Assembly (NCBI GenBank): GCA_020353515.1
Contig: CP070695.1
Coordinates: forward strand, 537,173-601,172
From: Candidatus Heimdallarchaeota archaeon
GTDB taxonomy: Archaea; Asgardarchaeota; Heimdallarchaeia; Hodarchaeales; Hodarchaeaceae
DNA: 64,000 nt
Direction: 5' to 3'
The notes below the pieces were generated by a model. The model was not told where the DNA came from. It searched no databases and worked only from the letters and a program-made list of their open reading frames with translations. A program made the position numbers and the translations under genes. This document shows, one piece after another, positions 61,330 through 64,000 of this stretch. Positions within the stretch are counted from its first letter, which is position 1. Each line of letters starts with the position of its first letter.

Positions 61330-62538
61330 TCAGAGCCCCCTAAGTACTTCATCCGGTTCAGTAACAGCGTTCTTCCAAGCTGGGACTACCGTACTGATAA
61401 CTAAAGGCAGAATACCAATTCCATAAGCTACTAGCAAACTATCAAAAGTGATTCTAACTGGCAAAATAAAAGGTGGGAATAATACAGACCATCCTAACAT
61501 GAAATCTGATAGGATTGGGGCTCCTAAATAAAAATCATAGATAATTGCAGCAAAAATTCCTAAAGTTGAAGCAAAAAAACCAGTCAATGTAAATTCAATC
61601 ATTCTAATTTCAAGTACATCGAATGTAGTAAAACCAAGAGTCTTTAATAGACCAATTTCTTTTCGTGCTTCGAAAGAAATCGCAGAAGAGATAGTAAAGG
61701 CAAATAATAGAGAACCTATTAACATTACAGTCCAAATAATGGTAAAGTACCCTGCTCTTTCATTCGTTGTATGATGAATCAGATTTCTTAAAGTGAACTT
61801 ATCGATAACTTTCACATCATCAATTGTATCACTAATTTTTTGAATTACCTCTGAAGAATCATCATTTAAGTTTGGATTAAGCCACACAGCTAAATCTGTA
61901 GAATAATTTTGATTTATATTGAAGAATTCTCGACTAAACTGGATATCTGTTAAGATCAAATCATGAGTATATATTTTTGAAGCAACAGAAAAAATCCCTA
62001 TTACTTCCATCTCATATTCCTGATTATCAATGTCAGTCAATAATAAGATTGACCCAACTTGAGCGTGAGAAGCTTCAGCTACACCAGAACCAATCACACA
62101 CACAGGAATCGTCTCATTTTCTTCTAAAAATCGTCCAGAACGAATTTGGAATTCTAACTCTGGTGTATCAATAGGATATTTTCCTATTTCAATACCCATC
62201 ATTGTGTAGAGGTTATTGGCGGCTGATAGATATCCCCATACCCTAGGTGACACGAGATGAACTCCTTGAATTTCCTCGATCTCTTGAATCTTCAAATTTT
62301 TTACTGGAACTACTCTCCCAGCATTATATCCTTGTATTAAAACGTCAGGAGCAAATGTCAATGATGCATCAACGTCTTGATTAATTCCTTCTCGTATAAA
62401 ATCAACAGCAGAGAGTATACCAACGATAATACTGATAGAAATTAAAATACTGATAGTCCTCCCTCGATAAACCTGAATATTTCGAAGTGCATACCAACAG
62501 AGGTTAATCTGTTTTTTCAATCCCATTATTAAATTCAC
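61330..62538 (-). CDS. FtsX/LolE-like ABC permease
   Basis: APDVLIQ..AGR, VSPRVWGY, RKEIGLLKTLG, VPAWK..EPDEVLR. Confidence 0.9.
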   Translation of the reverse strand: MNLIMGLKKQINLCWYALRNIQVYRGRTISILISISIIVGILSAVDFIREGINQDVDASLTFAPDVLIQGYNAGRVVPVKNLKIQEIEEIQGVHLVSPRVWGYLSAANNLYTMMGIEIGKYPIDTPELEFQIRSGRFLEENETIPVCVIGSGVAEASHAQVGSILLLTDIDNQEYEMEVIGIFSVASKIYTHDLILTDIQFSREFFNINQNYSTDLAVWLNPNLNDDSSEVIQKISDTIDDVKVIDKFTLRNLIHHTTNERAGYFTIIWTVMLIGSLLFAFTISSAISFEARKEIGLLKTLGFTTFDVLEIRMIEFTLTGFFASTLGIFAAIIYDFYLGAPILSDFMLGWSVLFPPFILPVRITFDSLLVAYGIGILPLVISTVVPAWKNAVTEPDEVLRGL

Positions 62539-62974
62539 TCCTCTTCTGTTTCCAGTATTGTTTGAAGACCCAAAAAAGGCAAGATAATACCATGATTATA
62601 ATAAATAGTGAAAAGACCATTTGTTGGATTTGAAGTACCGTCAAAGTTTTAGCTGAAGGATTTTGAACATCAACCCACTGTGGAATCCTCTGGCCATTAA
62701 CCTTTCCTTGAGAAATTTCTGGAGCTGTGAGTAGGATTGGAGAAAAATAGAAAGAGTAACCTCCTGGAAGGTCTGAAAGAATAGAATAAAATACTTCTAA
62801 AGCTGGATTCCGAGTAGAGACCGAGTCATGAGTTATTGAGGGTGAGAAACCCCCTAGAAAAGGTATAACACTTCCAACAAAATGATGTGAGAAAATAAAA
62901 TCAGAAAGAAAGATGTGCATCAAAATGAAAACAAACATGCAACTTATTAGTGCCAAAAAGCCTTTTATCCTCAT
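62504..62974 (-). CDS. Small two-TM membrane protein upstream of the ABC permease
   Basis: N- and C-terminal hydrophobic helices around a ~90-aa loop; abuts/overlaps the permease start. Confidence 0.65.
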   Translation of the reverse strand: MRIKGFLALISCMFVFILMHIFLSDFIFSHHFVGSVIPFLGGFSPSITHDSVSTRNPALEVFYSILSDLPGGYSFYFSPILLTAPEISQGKVNGQRIPQWVDVQNPSAKTLTVLQIQQMVFSLFIIIMVLSCLFWVFKQYWKQKRSEFNNGIEKTD

Positions 62975-63003
62975 AATTCCAACTACACTTAGACCTGTTG
63001 CTT

Positions 63004-63654
63004 TTACCTAGTCTTGATTTTGGAATCCCAGATTTTTAATCCTTCAATCATCAAGATTTCGCCAATTCTGGCGATAACAGGTGCAAACAATAACAGTGAA
63101 ATTAAGATTATCGAGAAATTTGGAGCAAAATTATAGAGAAGTGTTCCTTCTAGACTTTGTCCTGCAATTAGCATTAATCCAATTAGGTATAGGAACGTCA
63201 TTGAAAGATAACCAATAAATGAAAATAAGATTAAGAGAGCGATTTTATTTCCGTCAGCAAATCCGTCTTCCTTCATATAGCGGGGAATACCTATAATAAA
63301 ACCTAGTATTCCAAATGCGAAATTAACACTACCAAATGCTACAATTTGTTGAGTATAAAGGAAATCCGCACCTAAAGAACCAACAAAGCCTACAAGGAAT
63401 CCTGCAAGTGGACCACAATAAGCTGCACTAATACTAATAACCACGAGCCCGAGATCAATTCCTCCTTTTACAGGGATAACTGTAATACCTAGATCTAGCC
63501 CAGTAAATGTATATTCAGGTAATTTGACTGAAGAGAAGACGAAGTAGGCTAAAATTCCAATCAAAGCCCCTCCAAACGTCCACTTTGATATTAATGTAGA
63601 TTCTAATCGCAATAAATACAATAATTGTGTCTTTAAGTCTTTCTTTTCTTCCAT
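63004..63654 (-). CDS. ECF transporter S-component-like membrane protein
   Basis: YCGPLAGFLVGFVGSLGAD motif; ~6 TM; GAGGTG RBS before the ATG at 63654. Confidence 0.75.
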   Translation of the reverse strand: MEEKKDLKTQLLYLLRLESTLISKWTFGGALIGILAYFVFSSVKLPEYTFTGLDLGITVIPVKGGIDLGLVVISISAAYCGPLAGFLVGFVGSLGADFLYTQQIVAFGSVNFAFGILGFIIGIPRYMKEDGFADGNKIALLILFSFIGYLSMTFLYLIGLMLIAGQSLEGTLLYNFAPNFSIILISLLLFAPVIARIGEILMIEGLKIWDSKIKTR

Positions 63655-63665
63655 TTCGCCACACC

Positions 63666-64000
63666 TCAAATTATCACAAAGGAATAAGTTCCAGGTGGTA
63701 GTGTTAGAACCATCTGGTCGCCATTCTGCTCCCATTTAGCTTCTTCATATGCCCCAGATTTAGTATAAACCCCCTGTACATCTGGAAATTGATAAAAAGT
63801 GAGTATGGTCTCCTTATTTGCTTCTACTGTTAAAATGAATGCGTCCTCTTCTTCATCAAAGTAAGCTTGGTAGATAAACAAGCCATCAAGAGTGGACTCT
63901 TTAGAAATAAATGGAGTAGTTGTATAAAAAGAATCATCTCTTGGATCCATTAAATTTGTCAATGTGGAATCTGCATGACACCACGCATATGCAAAATTTA
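63666..64000 (-). CDS. C-terminal part of a hypothetical protein running off the window end
   Basis: Frame stays open from 63962 to the window end (NFAYAWCHADSTLTNLMDPR...). Confidence 0.7.
   Translation of the reverse strand, partial: NFAYAWCHADSTLTNLMDPRDDSFYTTTPFISKESTLDGLFIYQAYFDEEEDAFILTVEANKETILTFYQFPDVQGVYTKSGAYEEAKWEQNGDQMVLTLPPGTYSFVII

Noticed and set aside
63655-63735. N-terminal extension of the ECF-S ORF
   Set aside because: It overlaps the upstream gene; a GAGGTG RBS supports ATG 63654
63666-64000. Possible linalool dehydratase/isomerase-like C-terminus
   Set aside because: Only a vague resemblance and the gene is truncated, so it cannot be supported

Overview
AT-rich, gene-dense archaeal chromosome segment. 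It is most likely from an Asgard archaeon (Heimdallarchaeia/Hodarchaeales-like). This is inferred from a PCI-domain protein, short C-terminal TM+basic sorting tails on secreted proteins, a geranylgeranyl-reductase-family gene, GGTGA-type ribosome-binding sites and TATA/BRE promoters. I recognised no rRNA, tRNA, CRISPR array, transposase or integrase. Most of the ~55 CDS are metabolic or transport genes: two convergent xanthine-dehydrogenase-family molybdoenzyme operons (with MocA, XdhC and a MoaD-like protein) flanking an orphan 7TM histidine kinase, a P-type ATPase, two LolD/FtsX-type ABC systems, an ABC importer lacking a binding protein, 4-hydroxybutyryl-CoA dehydratase/crotonase, acyl-CoA dehydrogenase, peptidases, a sirtuin and several methyltransferases. 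The most interesting observations are: (1) a catalytically degenerate CofD-like domain fused to a C-terminal PCI domain; (2) a dispersed Cys/His-motif membrane system (CCPP, CC, HHCPFC) with an FtsX/LolD transporter, possibly for metal trafficking; (3) a tandem pair of RHH-like paralogues with TTGTCATAC repeats directly after their TATA box; (4) a 604-aa protein with possible Roadblock-like domains; (5) a C2-like protein operon; (6) a probable ACG start codon; and (7) two unannotated mini-ORFs and a homopolymer-frameshifted pseudogene. All domain calls come from motif recognition by eye; no database searches were run.
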